Shown: positions 1 through 13,314 of the stretch, one piece after another
How the letters are laid out: each line of letters begins with the position of its first letter
Numbering within the stretch: the first letter of the stretch is position 1
Assembly: GCF_036321535.1 (NCBI RefSeq)
Contig: NC_087448.1
Location: 53,692,001 to 53,756,000, forward strand
Origin: Camelus dromedarius
Taxonomy: Eukaryota
Reading direction: 5' to 3'
Length of the DNA stretch: 64,000 bases
The notes under the pieces: generated by a model
The model's database searches: none
What the model saw: the letters and a program-made list of their open reading frames with translations, nothing else
Told to the model about the DNA's origin: nothing
Made by a program: the position numbers and the translations under genes

Positions 1-1312
1 TTTTGATGGTGGTGGTAGTTACACAGTCGTGTACAGCCCAAATTCCTCAAATTTAACTCTTAGGAGTTGACTTTATTATATGAAGAAGGGTGGTGGAGGG
101 AGAGAAAGGGAAGTGAAAAGAACACAAGAGTTTGATCAGATGCTCTCCACCCATAGCTCACAGGCAAATCTCTTAGCTTCTCGGAGGTGCCGTTTCCTCT
201 TCAGGAAAATGAGGTTAATGATAACCCACCTCTGAGGGCTGTTTGGGGACCCAATGGGATAACATCTGCAAGTGACAGGCAGAACAGGTGCTCAGTATAT
301 CCCATTCATAAAAAGAAGACAAACTAGGAAGAGAGCTGCCAGGTGCTAACGTGTTCTCTGCTTAGAGCCTTTTCCAGGTCATGGTGACCTTGGGGACAGC
401 TGTCCTCTCCTCTGCTGATCCCAGAGTTAGGTGGTGAGTCACTGCCCGGAAGGCAATCTAGTCCTGGGGGATCTATCTGGCTGACTCATGCTTCCTGGGG
501 CCCAGCTAATTTGCCCATTTGTTCTCCAGTCAATTTGGAACATGAGGTGGCAAAAATCATATAGCAAGTGTTTTTATTCAAGAGCCGTAACCCTCTGCCT
601 TTATTAAGATGGTGCCTAAGAAGGTAACCTGCCCTGTGAGGGGTGGCTGCTTTGCCTTCTTGATTGGAGTGGCCTGAGGATAAGGCAGCGTGTTAACTGT
701 AATCTGGGCTGGCCCCGACTTGGGTGTGCAGCGCAGCTTACCGTTAGGTAAGCACAGAGAGAGTCAATTAATTTCATGGCATTTTAGTATGAGTTCAGGG
801 GCAGCTCAATTTACAAGTTTTCCTTTCAAAATCATTCAGCCATTAAAGCTGCATGATCTTGGGAGGTTTAGAAGACACATCGTTGATAAATGTTTTCCTT
901 TCCTCTACACATTCTCTCTCATGTTTATTCATGCAGAGCGAAGCAGTTTTATAATTTGCACAAAGGTTTGGCATGGCTGGCCCTCTGGGTTTCTGAGAGG
1001 GAGGAAAGATGATACCTCAGGAGCTGCTGCAGTGGGGGGTTTGAGGCTTGAAGGCAGAGGACTCCATCCTGGGTTCTGAGGCCCTCGCTTTGGCTAGAAA
1101 CACTGAGCCTGAGCCTTGTGGCCCCAGGAGTGTTACTTGGCACCCAGAGAGGCAGATGCTTGTTGGCTGGATATGACAAAAGCAAGGTTTGTCCTTGGAA
1201 CACTTCCACCCCTTCACTCTGCCTTTCTAAACTCCCTTCTATTGGTCTCTCTGCTTTTTAAGATGCTCCACCTGGGCTGGCCCTTTGAAGAGTACGCCAG
1301 GCTGTTGACTAC

Positions 1313-1675
1313 TAGTTCCCAAACTTGACTGCCAATTAGAGTCATGTGGGCATCTTTTAAATGTCCAGCTGCCCTACCTGCACATCAGATCAATTATACC
1401 AGAACCTCGGAGGGAGGGGCACAGACATCAGCATCTTATAAAGCCCCTGAGGCGAGGCCATTGTGCAGCCAGGGCTGAGAATAGTTGATAAGGACAAGTG
1501 CTTCTCCAAGGGTGATCTGCGAATCCCAGAATCTCTGGGTGTATTTGTGGGAAAATGCGGACTCCTGGGCCCACCAGCCCTCTAAAGCACTGAATCTCAA
1601 GGTGGGATCTGGAAAATCTGTGTTCTAACAAGCTTCCCCGGGTGATTTTCAAGCACCCTCAAGTCTGAGAACCAT
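1313..1675. mobile_element. Two adjacent MER5-like hAT-Charlie MITEs (another piece at ~2505-2620)
   Basis: ttcccaaacttg...gcagccagggctgagaa and aatctctgg...gaaaatctgtgttctaacaagcttccccgggtgattt...ctgagaacca match MER5 consensus text. Confidence 0.7.
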
Positions 1676-3533
1676 CCCTAAACCTCTCACTACTCCATCT
1701 GTTTCTCTCCATGTTTCATCCTTTTTTCTGTGATCGGTGGCTGTTTTCACTTTCCTTCAGCCATGCTGACCTTTCAGTTCCTCAAGGACAACCAGCTTCT
1801 CCCATCCCCTGGACCTCTGCATGTGTGGTTGTTCATTTGGAAGGCACTTTCCTCTCTCTTTGCCATTAGGGACTCAGCGAAGATAACAATGATGAAGCTA
1901 TACCCCTAGAAGGGCGTTGTAAAGTGCATGTTTTGGAGGAGAGAAGAGTAGGCACTGAAGGGCCATGATCTGCTCCCTCTGGGACAGCTTGGTTCCCTAA
2001 GTCACTTAGCTGTCACTGGAAGTCATAGAGAGATTGCTCTAGAGATGGTGGGAGAAAAGCCAGTAGGTTTGATGTAGGTAGTGAAGGAACAGGAGCAAAG
2101 ATTTAAGTGATGTGGTACCAACTGGGTCAGATACATTAAAGCGGCAGCCCTGGGCAGCCAGGGAGAGAAGGCTGTGCCAAGAGGCACCTTAAGTGTAGCC
2201 AGCAGGACCAGGAAGATGCAACTTTCGGCACCTGTGTCTGGGAGTGGGCGCCACAGGGAGGAGAGGGTCCAAGGAGGAGAGGGACAGCAAAAGGCAAGGC
2301 TGGGTGACGAGGGAGACACCCAAATGGAGGGCAGAGTTCCCTGGCTTCCTCAAATGAACAATGATGATGGGAATAGGTTAGTGGAGGGTGATTTTAATCT
2401 CTCAAGTCTAGCGTAATTGAGAATGTGTCATTTAATTTAAAGCTGGTTAAAATTTAACTGCCTATCAACTGTAGACCTTTTAAGAAGAATGCTCTTCTTT
2501 TAGGACAATGTTTCTCAAACTTTAATGCACACACAAATTTTTAGTAGGTCTGGGGTGGGGTTGAGATTCTGCATTTCTAACCAGCTTCCAGGTGCCCCTG
2601 GCCTGAGTACTACGCTTAGAGCAAGGAGGTTTGAAAATTCAGACTCTTACCAGTGGGGCCACGGTATAGCCCAACCCCAAAATGCCTGCCAAATCATTAA
2701 CTTTTATGTTGGATTGCCCAGGGCTTTAGAATCAAATATTTGCATGCATTCTAATCCTCTAAAAATTGCTATTCCAAAAATTAACATAGGGTAACTTTTT
2801 AGTAACCTAAATACTTGCTTAAATGGAACTCCCCAATTTTGACGTGCCAGGTAATACAAAAATCACTGCCATTTTGTGGCCCTGTTGAGCTGTTAAAGGT
2901 GCGACAGTGGATATTGACTAGGTTATCTGTACCTAGCATAAGATGGGTGACTAAGTCTACGCAGACTTCAGACGTGAAAAACATTTACACAATTTTCCCC
3001 CCCTTTTTTGGTCACCCATGCACAGCCTCAACTGGTAAACTCTGCCTTCCAAAAAATAGAGAGAGAGGACACTGAGTAAAGAGCAGTCCTTGGCAGCTGA
3101 GAGTTTGGTTACTGGAATTTTGTTAGGAAACTGTCTGAGTAACTAGATTTCACAAGAGGATCGGTCAGCACTGCTAACTCGTTCTGGGCGTCCATTCTGG
3201 CTACTGGATCATGATGCCAGCAGAGACGGGCAGTGGCAAGTTCACTGAGAGCACTGCCGGGATTTAATCCGAGTGCACACTGGGGTGGACAGAGAACAAA
3301 GGTCGATTTCTCAGCAGCTGCTGTATGACTACAGCACAGTAACTGCTCGGAAGGTGGGCCTCGAAGCCGCGCAGGGACACTGGGCGCACAGGGGAACGTC
3401 TCCCACGCGTTAAGCGTCAGTTTGAAATGGGCTAGTGGAAGGGGGGCTGAGTTTACCTACTTCTTACAATTGAGACTGTAATTGTGCTCCAAGGGACAGA
3501 CTAGATTGTGTGTGCGTGTGTGTGCGCGTGTTT

Positions 3534-4093
3534 TTTTAAACATTTTTTTATTGAGTTATAGTCATTTTACAATGTTGTGTTGAATTCCAGTGTAGACCAC
3601 AATTTTTCAGCCACACATGAACATACATATATTCCTTGCCACATTCCTTTCACTGTGAGCTACCACAAGATCCTGTATATATTTCCCTGTGCTATACAGT
3701 GTAATCTTGTTAATCTATTCTACATTTTGAAATCCCAGTCTGTCCCTTCCCACTCACCGCCCCCTTGGCAACCACAAGTTTGTATTCTATGTCTGTAAGT
3801 CTGTTTCTGTTCTGTATTTATGTTTTGTTTTGTTCTGTTCTGTTTTAGATTCCACTTATGACTGATCTTATATGGTATTTTTCTTTCTCTTTCTGGCTTA
3901 CTTCACTTAGAATGACATTCTCCAGGAACATCCACATTGCTGCAAATGTGTTGTCAGTTTTTATGGCTGAATAGTATTCCATGGTATAAATATATCACAG
4001 CTTCTTTATCCAGTCATCTGTTGCTGGACATTTAGGCTGTTTCCATGTCTTGGCTATTGTAAATACTGCTGCTGTGAACACTGGGGTGCAGGT
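3534..4093 (-). mobile_element. 5'-truncated L1 3' end with TSD
   Basis: Antisense L1 3'UTR with poly-T tail. Flanks tgtgtgcgcgtgttt (3519-3533) and tgtgtgcatgtgttt (4094-4108). Confidence 0.85.
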
Positions 4094-4769
4094 TGTGTGC
4101 ATGTGTTTAGATGGATAAAATCACTAGGTTGGCTAAGACTTTTAAAAGCCTATCTAGTAAAATGCATTGCATCAGTCTGGCTCGAATGCCATAATTCCTA
4201 AACATACAGGAATCCTCCTTTTCTAAAAACTCTGCGGGTAGGTCTATTTCACAACTTTTCCCACAGTGACTTCTCTCTGTTTGGCATCTCCCTCAGTCAG
4301 GAAACATTTGTTTATGTCTAATACAAATCAATTTTTAAAAAGGTATCCAGTTCTTACTAAAAATCTAGAAAATGCTTGGCTCTGGAGGGACATCAACATG
4401 GTGAGGCGTGGTTCCTGATTACTTCTCATTAGTGGGAGGTCAGCTCTTCTGCAAAATTTTGCTAATCCTTCGTTCAGAGTTAATTTTTGCCCTGAGCTCC
4501 CATACTTTATTTACACACTTGTTATAGCATTTATCAGTCTGCTTTGTATTACAGTTTGAATGTACATATTATCTCCTTGCTGGATTAACATGCTTCTTCA
4601 GACCTGAAATGGAGAAGTTGGGATGAGCTCAGGGGTCCATCCCAGCTCAGGATTCTTTGCCAAATACTTTGAGGAAACCTCAGAGGAGGATTTAGGTGTT
4701 ACTCTCCAGTGTTCGATGCCTTTGCTAGAGTACCTTTTATATTAAAATGACCATTCTGTGCAGAAGTGG

Positions 4770-5120
4770 ATATAGTATTATTCACTGTGGCTTTATTTGC
4801 TGTAGCAAAGGATTGAAACAACCTAAATACCCATTTATAGGCCCCTGGTTAAATATAGGTCGGCACATCCATGCAACAGAATAAAATGCACCTGTTGAAG
4901 ACTGAGGCAGGTCTATATTTGACAGTATGAACCAATCTCCAAGATAAGATGTGAAGAAAGTGAGATGCAGGGTGAATTGTATGAAGTGCTAATATTTGTA
5001 ACAAAGGGTGTGTGTAACATGTGCATAGAATTTTTCTAAAAGGATACAAAAGGAATTTGTAACAGTGGTTGCCAACTGGGAGGGGAACTGAGGCATTGGG
5101 ACAGTAGGGGTGGGTTGCTA
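4770..5120 (+). mobile_element. Ancient L1ME-like 3' remnant, approximate
   Basis: gtagcaaaggattgaaacaacctaaataccc...gtggttgcc...ggggaactgagg resembles L1ME 3' consensus text. Confidence 0.6.
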
Positions 5121-6264
5121 AACCAGATCTCAGGGGATAAAAACCCCTATTTGTGGTGTATGAACATTTCTGTGGTGGAAACACGCCCATCATGGCCAAT
5201 TTCAAGCTAACAGTGGTTTAACACTGGAGCCAATGGGAACCCATATGAGCGGACTCCAGAGCACACCACGAGACACGGGGGTGGGGAGGTGGCCTACCTT
5301 CCACTGGAGACCCTTGGGGACAATTTGACTTTCTGATGCCACACTTGGTTGACGAAAATGTAATCAAGACTTTTAAATTTAGAAAAATGATCATGCTTCC
5401 ACTGCCGCATTCCTTTAGCCTCTCTTCCCCCAGAGTCTTGGTTTTCTTCCCTTGGTAGTGTTTCTTCTGTTTTCCTGTACCCGTTCAGCCTTTCTGTCCA
5501 GGAACCCATCAGTGCAGTCTACACACAAAGAACACCACTCACCATTGGCAGCCTCTTGATGTGAAGGGAAGACCGCTACCTCCTGAGTGTAGAAGCTGCA
5601 GGAATAGTCCAGCCAGGAAAGAGCCATCTCCCAAAAGCGGCCACTGGTGATGCAGGGGCACATACAAAAGCCCAGCCTCCTAGCAGCTGTGTAGGTGAGC
5701 GACACGTCTGCAGGTCAGGATGTGACCATGCCAAACAGAGGCTTTTCTGTCCCAGCAGCCCACCCCCTGGAGCCGGCTGCAGCAGAACCCCGCAGCCGAC
5801 CCCTCCCTCCCCCACCAGCCCAAGCTAGAGAGGAGCCCCCAGGAGCTGCTGGCCTCAAAGGTTCCTCCTCAAATCACCCTAGAAGCCATTTCACACCAGT
5901 CCCCAGGTCTGGCTTTTGTTCATGACTGGGTTCAACGTGTTTCTGAGAATTTGTGTCTTACCTTTAGTTTTCTCCTCTTTTTGGTCTTCTTGGTCTAACT
6001 TCAGTTTTCAGCTAAAATACATCTCCTTAGACGGTTTCCTCTCTGCTAAGCCTGTCACGCCCAGCCCTCATTAATCACTCGTTACACCTGTCAGTTAATT
6101 GTTTAACAGCTTTCTTTCCTGATCAGCTGAGCGCAATGCCGGCCTCATTTACAGGCATGTTCCCCAAACCCTGCGCAGTGCACAGCACACATCAGGCCCT
6201 TGGTGCATGTTGGTTGAATGAATGAACGAGTGAGTTATTGTACACTCTTATGAAACCTTCAGAA

Positions 6265-7919
6265 GACGTCCAACAGAGGGAGGATTTTATTTGGAGAGGT
6301 CTTGAACATTAATTCACCTTCATTTACCCTTAAGGCAGTAACATTCTTCCTGGAGGCAGATGGGGGAGGATCATCGGAGGCTACATTAAATGCAGATTAA
6401 GACAAAGCCAACCACTTTGCATTCAGATGCAGCAGAGACACAGGGGATGGGCCCAAAGAAACCACGCACTGGCTTCCTGAGCCCACTACCAGGGAATAGA
6501 TCCAGCGTGAGGCATTTCAATTGCTTTGGAAAATGGCCAAGTTCCATTACATAGCACCCCTAAAGAGGATACCTCAGTGATGAGCCCTTTCACCACGAGA
6601 GAGGGGGGTCGAGTTGTGGGTGCCCAATGCTCTGCTGCAATTTAGCCTTTGGTAGGTTTTCAAGGAAATTGTTTAATCTCTCAGAAGTGCTCAAATTCAC
6701 ACTGTTCCTTTGCTTTTGTTTTGGAATTCTTTAAACATCCAGTAAATTAGCTCTTTGTTAAGCAACTCAGCCAGCTAAGTCTGTGTGTATATAAGTGTGT
6801 GTTGGAGGGAGGGGAGTGGGGGCACCGTTTGTTGGCACGTATTGCCCCTGGGAGCTTGGGGGTATCAAAAAAGTAAACACTGATACTATGTCCTGGAAGC
6901 AATCAGATACAGGAGGATTTAAATGCAAATGAAGTCAGAGCAGGATGGTTCCCAGGCACCAGAGATTTAGCCATCCCACCATAACTAGACGTAATAGCAG
7001 GGCTAAATATCTGGAGAGGCAGCACCAAAGGGCAGATGCTCTATTATGGCTCTACACTGCCCCCCAGTGGCTTTCTGCTCAATGACACCCTCCTTGGATC
7101 TAACTTTCCGCGGAGAGAGTTAAGAATCTATCTGAAGGCACAGTATGCAGGATGTTAGATCTAGTCTGAGCCCAGATCCTAGGGCTAAAAACAGAGGGCT
7201 TCCTATTGGCTGAACAAACAAAATCTGATGACATTTGGGACCCTCGTCCTGAGAAAAGGCTCTGATGACGAGTCTTCTGCAGGTTACCAGAGACTCTTGG
7301 GACCCCAACAGCCCGACTGATTTGTCAGATGAGCCAAGTGGCCCAGGAAGGAGGCTGGTCAGCAGAGCGGGGCCGTGAAGAAGGCATAGCTCTGAGAGGG
7401 CGGAGAGCCAAGCCACAGGCAGATAGAGTGTAGGGGAAGGGCGACGCGAAGGAGGCTGCAACAGATCAAACGCTGGCCTCCAGAAGCCGGTTTTAGGACT
7501 GGTTTGACGATTCTCCCCTCCTGGTTCTCACCTTGAACAAGAAGGCAGCCACATTAAGCTGGCTGGAAAGATTATGTTAAAATTAACAACACTGCGGCTT
7601 CTCTACTTGACTCCAATGGCAAAAGCGGGAAGGGTGCCTCGATAATAAGTTCTTTTTTTCCTCTAGATATTCAAAGAAGCAATCAATTCAATGATTAGAA
7701 AAAATTTGTAAGAGACTGGATCTTTTGCAAAGAATAAAGCATTTTCTGTTAAATACACGAAGGCTACTTGGCTGCACAGATATACCCCTTTTGGAATCTC
7801 GTATCATGTCACCAACTTGAAATCTTTGGAAATGCTTGACGGGTCCCTGCGTTTCCGGGGAGCACCCAGGGCTGAGCAGTCAAAAACGCGCATGCGCCTC
7901 CAGCCCCGCCCGCTGGGTC
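6265..7919 (-). other. LCP1: LCP1 3'UTR (~1.65 kb)
   Basis: Stretch between the stop codon and the AATAAA at 6286-6291, with no repeats that I recognised. An L2 remnant begins just beyond it. The 3' end is approximate. Confidence 0.7.
6286..6291 (-). terminator. Putative LCP1 polyadenylation signal AATAAA
   Basis: Plus strand tttatt = AATAAA on the sense strand, ~1.63 kb after the stop. This fits the roughly 1.6-kb UTR I recall for orthologues. Confidence 0.65.
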
Positions 7920-8096
<177 letters not shown>

Positions 8097-10002
8097 TTAC
8101 AGTCGTTCTATATACGCCATCTCTGTGCTATACACTCCAAACCATAGACTACACATAGAGCTCACTCCTCGCGTGGCGGGAGCAGATCACAGGCTCCCTC
8201 CCACGTGTGTGGGCCGATCTGGGTTCGACAAAGCTCCTGACTCCATCAGACCTGCGGTCCGGCCTCCTGCTAATTACCAAATTTATTATTTGTCCTCAGA
8301 GAGTTTCCTAACTCCCTCCCCTTTTGATGCCGACACCATGCTTATTCTCTTGGGCTGTCCAGTGGCAGAAAAAGTCATAGAACTGAACAAGAACGTGTGC
8401 GAGGGAAAGTCTGCAGACTATGTTTCAACTGTAAGAACATTTGTACAAGGAAGAGGAAAGGGGACGTCTGTCTGTAATACCTCAACCTTATACATCAATT
8501 CTTTCACTCCTTGTTCCTTTCTAATCCTCGCCTACATGTATGTGTATTTATTTATGTTACTGTAACAGTAGAATAACCGAGTTTTACATGACACATTTTT
8601 CACATAAGATTATCATAGCTGCATCGGAATATTTTTGCTCTGTTTATGGTTAGATGAAGATAATTTTTATTAGTTGTAATCTATTTTCAAATGAGCCCCC
8701 GCTGTTACCTGGCAGTTCTTTTACTCGCTTCATTTATTATCTGGTAATGGTTACTACAGAGCTTCTCCAATCCACCCGAGTCCCACCCCTCCCTCTGCTC
8801 TCCTAAAATACCTTTACTCTTACTCTGGCCATCAATTAAATTAAGAGCATCAGGCAGGAGTAGTTCCCCATTCTTTCTCCTTGTCCATCTCTCAATCACT
8901 TCTTCTATATTAATTATTAATAAAATAAAATTTATTTTCCATTAAAAATATAGAGGAAAAATTGTTCAAAAGTTAGAAACTAGAGCTTAAAAAACAAAAA
9001 CCAACCATGCTTAATCTTGCCACCACAGCCACTTTTTAGCGTTTTATATAATTCCTTGTACTCATTTTTCTAAATAATTTTGTATCTTTTGCCCTTTCAA
9101 GCTAGTGCTTAGCAACCTGGGCTCTGGAGTCAGACTTTGAATCTCAGCTGAACAACTTAAGATTTGTTAATCCTCAAGCAAGTTCCTTAAACCTATCACA
9201 TCCCCCTTGAACATTTAGGCTCAAGGTCTTTTTGTTCTGTTGTTTTTTAAAAAAATGTCTGGGTCTTCATCTATGTCCTTCCTTCCGCTGCAATATTCGT
9301 CCTACCTCTCTCACCTGTTGGGCTCCTCCTTACTGGTCCTTTCGATCCACGCCAGCTTAGATGCTACATAGCAGGGCTTCAGTTCCCTTTCCATCCCCTC
9401 CGGAGCACCCGGAATCCTCCTTCCACACTATCCATCACACTCTTCTGTAACTGCTGTCTAATTACTTATCTTCTCTCCACTAGATTGTGCATCCGCATAC
9501 CAGGAACCCACATCCCCCACTGTTCCAAACTGGGAACAGAGAGAAGGGCGCTGCTGGGGTTACGTGCAAATGGCAGCTGCTCTCAAGCTGGTGAAGACTC
9601 TGGTCTTGGGCCCCACCTCTGCCCACGCACATCCACGGATACTCACAAACAGGGGGGTTTATATTTGTGGCCACTGTGGACTTTATTTAGGAAGTCTCCC
9701 AAAGGTTATGATTAGGAAATTGGTTTTCTGAAACTAGAGAATTGCCTATCAATCGAAAGAGTCAATTGTTTTCCATTTCAATTGTTTTTACTTGTTTTTT
9801 GTCTTGTGCCTGTGAACACTTGGGGCCTTAACCTGCTATTGCATGGTATGGAAAATAATGATGGTGGGAACGCATAAGTCATGAGAAGAAAAAGCATCAA
9901 CAGTGAAACTAAAATGTCTGCACAAAGGCGCAGGCACTAGACCTCACAGCTGCCCAGCGGCCAGTTGGTTCTCCCCCCCGGACCTCAGGTTTAGTTACAT
10001 AC

Positions 10003-10127
10003 TTTGCATTGTTGAGTTTCTCTTCATCGTTCAGGTTTTCTGTCTTCAGAAGGTCATAGTTAATGGAACCTGGCTGGATGGCGTCGATGAGATCCAGAAC
10101 AGGCAGACTTGTGCTAATCTTTGGATC
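10003..10127 (-). CDS. LCP1: LCP1 exon 15 (125 nt)
   Basis: gtgcag|[41 protein letters not shown](K)|gtatgt. Confidence 0.98.
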
Positions 10128-11166
10128 CTGCACAGAGAGAAAGCATGGGTTTCATCAATATGCCTCCGAGTTACTTCTATTTGGCTCAAGGGTCATGGGT
10201 GGTTCTTTCCTCTTAAAGATGAAACATATACATCCTGTCTGGGAAATGCCACATGTGTGTGGCACATGGTGGTTCCAACCCACTGTCGTTTCTGTAGGGA
10301 CATCCGTAGCCTCCCGGTGGCTCACTAAGCAGAGGAAACCCATTGTCTGCCAACAGACAGAGGGCCATTCTCAAATAGTGAATGGAAGTTTGCACAACTA
10401 GAGGAAAACAGAGGGGCTAAAGTATGTTTTATTTAACTACTGGTTATTGGTAGAGGAAGGGATGATTTGAAAAAAAAAAATCAGAAAGGAAAGACTAAAG
10501 ATATTAAGAGGAATCTTGCTTCATTTGAGAGAGGAACATCCCAGGGGTAACGGGCAGGGACAGTGACGAGGTCTCAGTTGGACAGGAGATTTCAGTAAAT
10601 GGTCCTCTCCTAGGGACCTCAGGGAAAGAAAAGAGTCTGGGAGACAGTGACAGCAATTATATTAGATGCAACGACAGTAACTAATATTTGTTTGTATCTC
10701 ACGGTGTGCTCAGCACTTTCTATAGATTATCTCACTTCTTGCCATAGCCTTGGATGGAGGCAGCTAATCTTAATTTACAGCGAACAAAGGGAGCTTCTGA
10801 GGTCAAATGACTTGCTGATAAGTGGTGGGGCTGGGATTTGAACCAGCTATTCTGACTTAAAATCCTGGGCTCTTTCTTTGGCACTTTGTAAGCGGTTTGA
10901 TGGGCACACCCAGAGCTGTGAATGCTTCTAAGGTGAGAACGCACAAAACTCTGCACCATCTTTTCTCTCTCCCCAGGGACCTGTGAGTACAGACATGGAG
11001 AGGCAACTGCGTGTCACCGTCTGAGCAGTCAGGTCCAAACACCTCACACCTTGAGGGTCCATATCAGAACCAATTCTAAGCAAGAAGCAAGACATAGGAC
11101 CCCTGCTAGAGGCAAGGTCTTTGCACTGGTCCTCTGTAGACACAGAATAACATACTTCTAAAAAGT

Positions 11167-11238
11167 TTGTTTATGTATTTATTTATGTATGTATGTATTT
11201 ATTTATTTATAATGGAGGTCCTGGGGATGGAACCTGAG
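11167..11238 (-). mobile_element. 5'-truncated SINE of the same family with (TAAA/TACA)n tail
   Basis: aatggaggtcctggggatggaacc next to a tatt/tatg microsatellite tail. Confidence 0.7.
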
Positions 11239-12823
11239 CTTCTATCTCCACAGAATTTTTTGGTGAAGAAGCACAGGGGAAGCCACACGGAAAGACACGA
11301 GTTTTGCCTTCATTCTTACTTTCTTCCCGCAGTCTCGGTGGGCTGACAGGCAGAGAAACGGCCAGCAGCTGGCCACGTTCATAGGTGAGGAGGGACAAGG
11401 GCTGTTTCCACTGTGGTTGATCAGGAGTGGGCTGTGTTTATTTTTTAAGGGTTTCACTGAAAAGCAGTGTGGGGCTAATTTGACATTTTCCTTTTGTGGT
11501 CCTTTTTACCTGATCAGTTCTGTAATGACTCAGTGAGAAGACAGAAGAAAATAAGCCCAGAGCATCACAAGGAACAATAAAACCTGTCAAACATTTCCAT
11601 GAGTCCTTACAGGACCATCCCAGAAGCTTCAGGGTAACGCAGTGGGCAGCATCACTGCCAAGGGACAGCTGTTTCACAGAGAGATGCACCCGTGGGGCTG
11701 TTTAACCGGTCACTGCGTGGCCATGGTCACGTGACCCATCGATACATTCTGCTCTATAGCCTCACCTCGCAGCTAAAAGGTGTTTTCCCCTCTCAGATGG
11801 GTCACCACCTGCAGTTACCCGCTGTAACCTCAGGAGTCACCTGAGCTCCAGTTCCCTGACTGTAAAAATGGGGAAGTGGTGAAGCTGTCTTCACTGCATC
11901 TGTGACGATGAAATGAGGAGCCCCCGGGACAAACAAGGGGCCCCTGGTACCCAGAGCGCGATCCAGCCTGAGTGCCTTTCCCCACCGCCTTTCCAAATCC
12001 CGCTCTCTTTATGGAAGAACTTGCTCACATCTGTCCCGGCCTCCACTCCCACCTCTCCTCAGCTCCCCAGATGCAAGGGATGCTAAGTGGAGGGGGTACC
12101 GAGCTGGCTGTTTCGTGTGCTGAGCTCACCAGCCTAGAGACAGCCCTTCTGCCCTTTCTGGGAGGGGAGAGATTTCCACTTTTTTCTTGATTTTGAAGCA
12201 GAGGACTGATATCATGATGAACTGCCTCATCGACCCTGTTAACATAACGGAAGGGGCCCCTCCCCCGAGTCTTGACCTTTAAACCAGAAAAATGTAGTTG
12301 AGATGCAACACAGACATTCTAATATGGACCAAGGGTGCAGGGCCCTTGAGGAAGGATCCAGCTAATGTATAAAACATGAGCTGAGAAATGTAATAAAATA
12401 TAATGCTGTGATTAATAAAAAGGGGATTTGGATACAAGTAAACAACTGCTTTTTCTCAAAAAAAACACCGCATGGGAGCTCTTTAAGCATTTTACATTTC
12501 ACCTTCATTATGTTAATAATCTGAATCATGGAGCTGTACACATTTAAAAAATATTATGTTTCTTACTCCTTCGGAAGAACGATGCCTAAAATCACATATA
12601 AAATGGGTTTTTTAAATTGGTTATTATGGGAGAAAATGACAAGAAATTCATCAACGAACTGACCTAGGAACATCAAAACAATGCTTGGGTCATTCAAGCA
12701 AAATCAAAATGGGAGGGGAGCCTCAGAGACCTCTCCCTGGAGGTCGCCCTTGAAACCAGAGTGAACACAGTGAAGATGAGCACGAAGCTCTGGTGGCCGT
12801 GAGCAGCAGACAGAGCATGTTAC

Positions 12824-12947
12824 CTTGAAACTAGAGATGGATGAACTTTTCTCCGCTTCCTTCAGTGTCTCATTCACCCAGTTGACAATAATGTCATCGT
12901 TGACCTTCTGCCCGCCTCCAATGTCTTCAAGAATATTCAGTGTGTAC
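12824..12947 (-). CDS. LCP1: LCP1 exon 14 (124 nt; CH4)
   Basis: gctcag|(R)[41 protein letters not shown]|gtaaca. Confidence 0.98.
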
Positions 12948-12972
12948 CTGAGCGAAATCAGGAATGATTTCT

Positions 12973-13314
12973 CTTTTGTAAGTAAGTTCATTTGTGTCTT
13001 TTTCTTTTTTTAATACAAAACAGAAACAAACAGACATAGAAAACAAGCTTATGGTTACCAGGGGAAAAAGGAGGTGGGGAGGGATAAACTGGGAGTTCCG
13101 GATTTGCAGATACTAATTACTATACACAAAATAGGTAAGTAACAAGTTTCTACTGTGTAGCACAGGGAACTGTATTCAATATCTTGCAGTAATCTATAAT
13201 GAAAAAGAATATGAAAAGGAATATATGTATGTATATGTATGACTGAAACATTATGCTGTGAACCAGAAATTGACACAACACTGTAAGCTGACTGTACTTC
13301 AATAAAAATAAAAA
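12973..13314 (+). mobile_element. 5'-inverted (twin-primed) truncated L1, 26 nt from exon 14
   Basis: Forward L1 3' end 13014-13314, inverted L1 segment 12973-13013, TSD gaatgatttct at 12962-12972 and 13315-13325. Confidence 0.85.

Noticed and set aside
736-753. GCTTACC-gtta-GGTAAGC palindrome with donor-like GTAAG on both strands
   Set aside because: 7-bp arms are expected many times in 64 kb, and I found no supporting exon.
1-6200. Exons of the downstream neighbour CPB2 expected from human synteny
   Set aside because: No carboxypeptidase B2-like coding sequence found; it probably lies beyond the window.
7057-7070. CTCF-like CCACTGGGGGGCAG in the 3'UTR
   Set aside because: Mismatch at the highly conserved core A.
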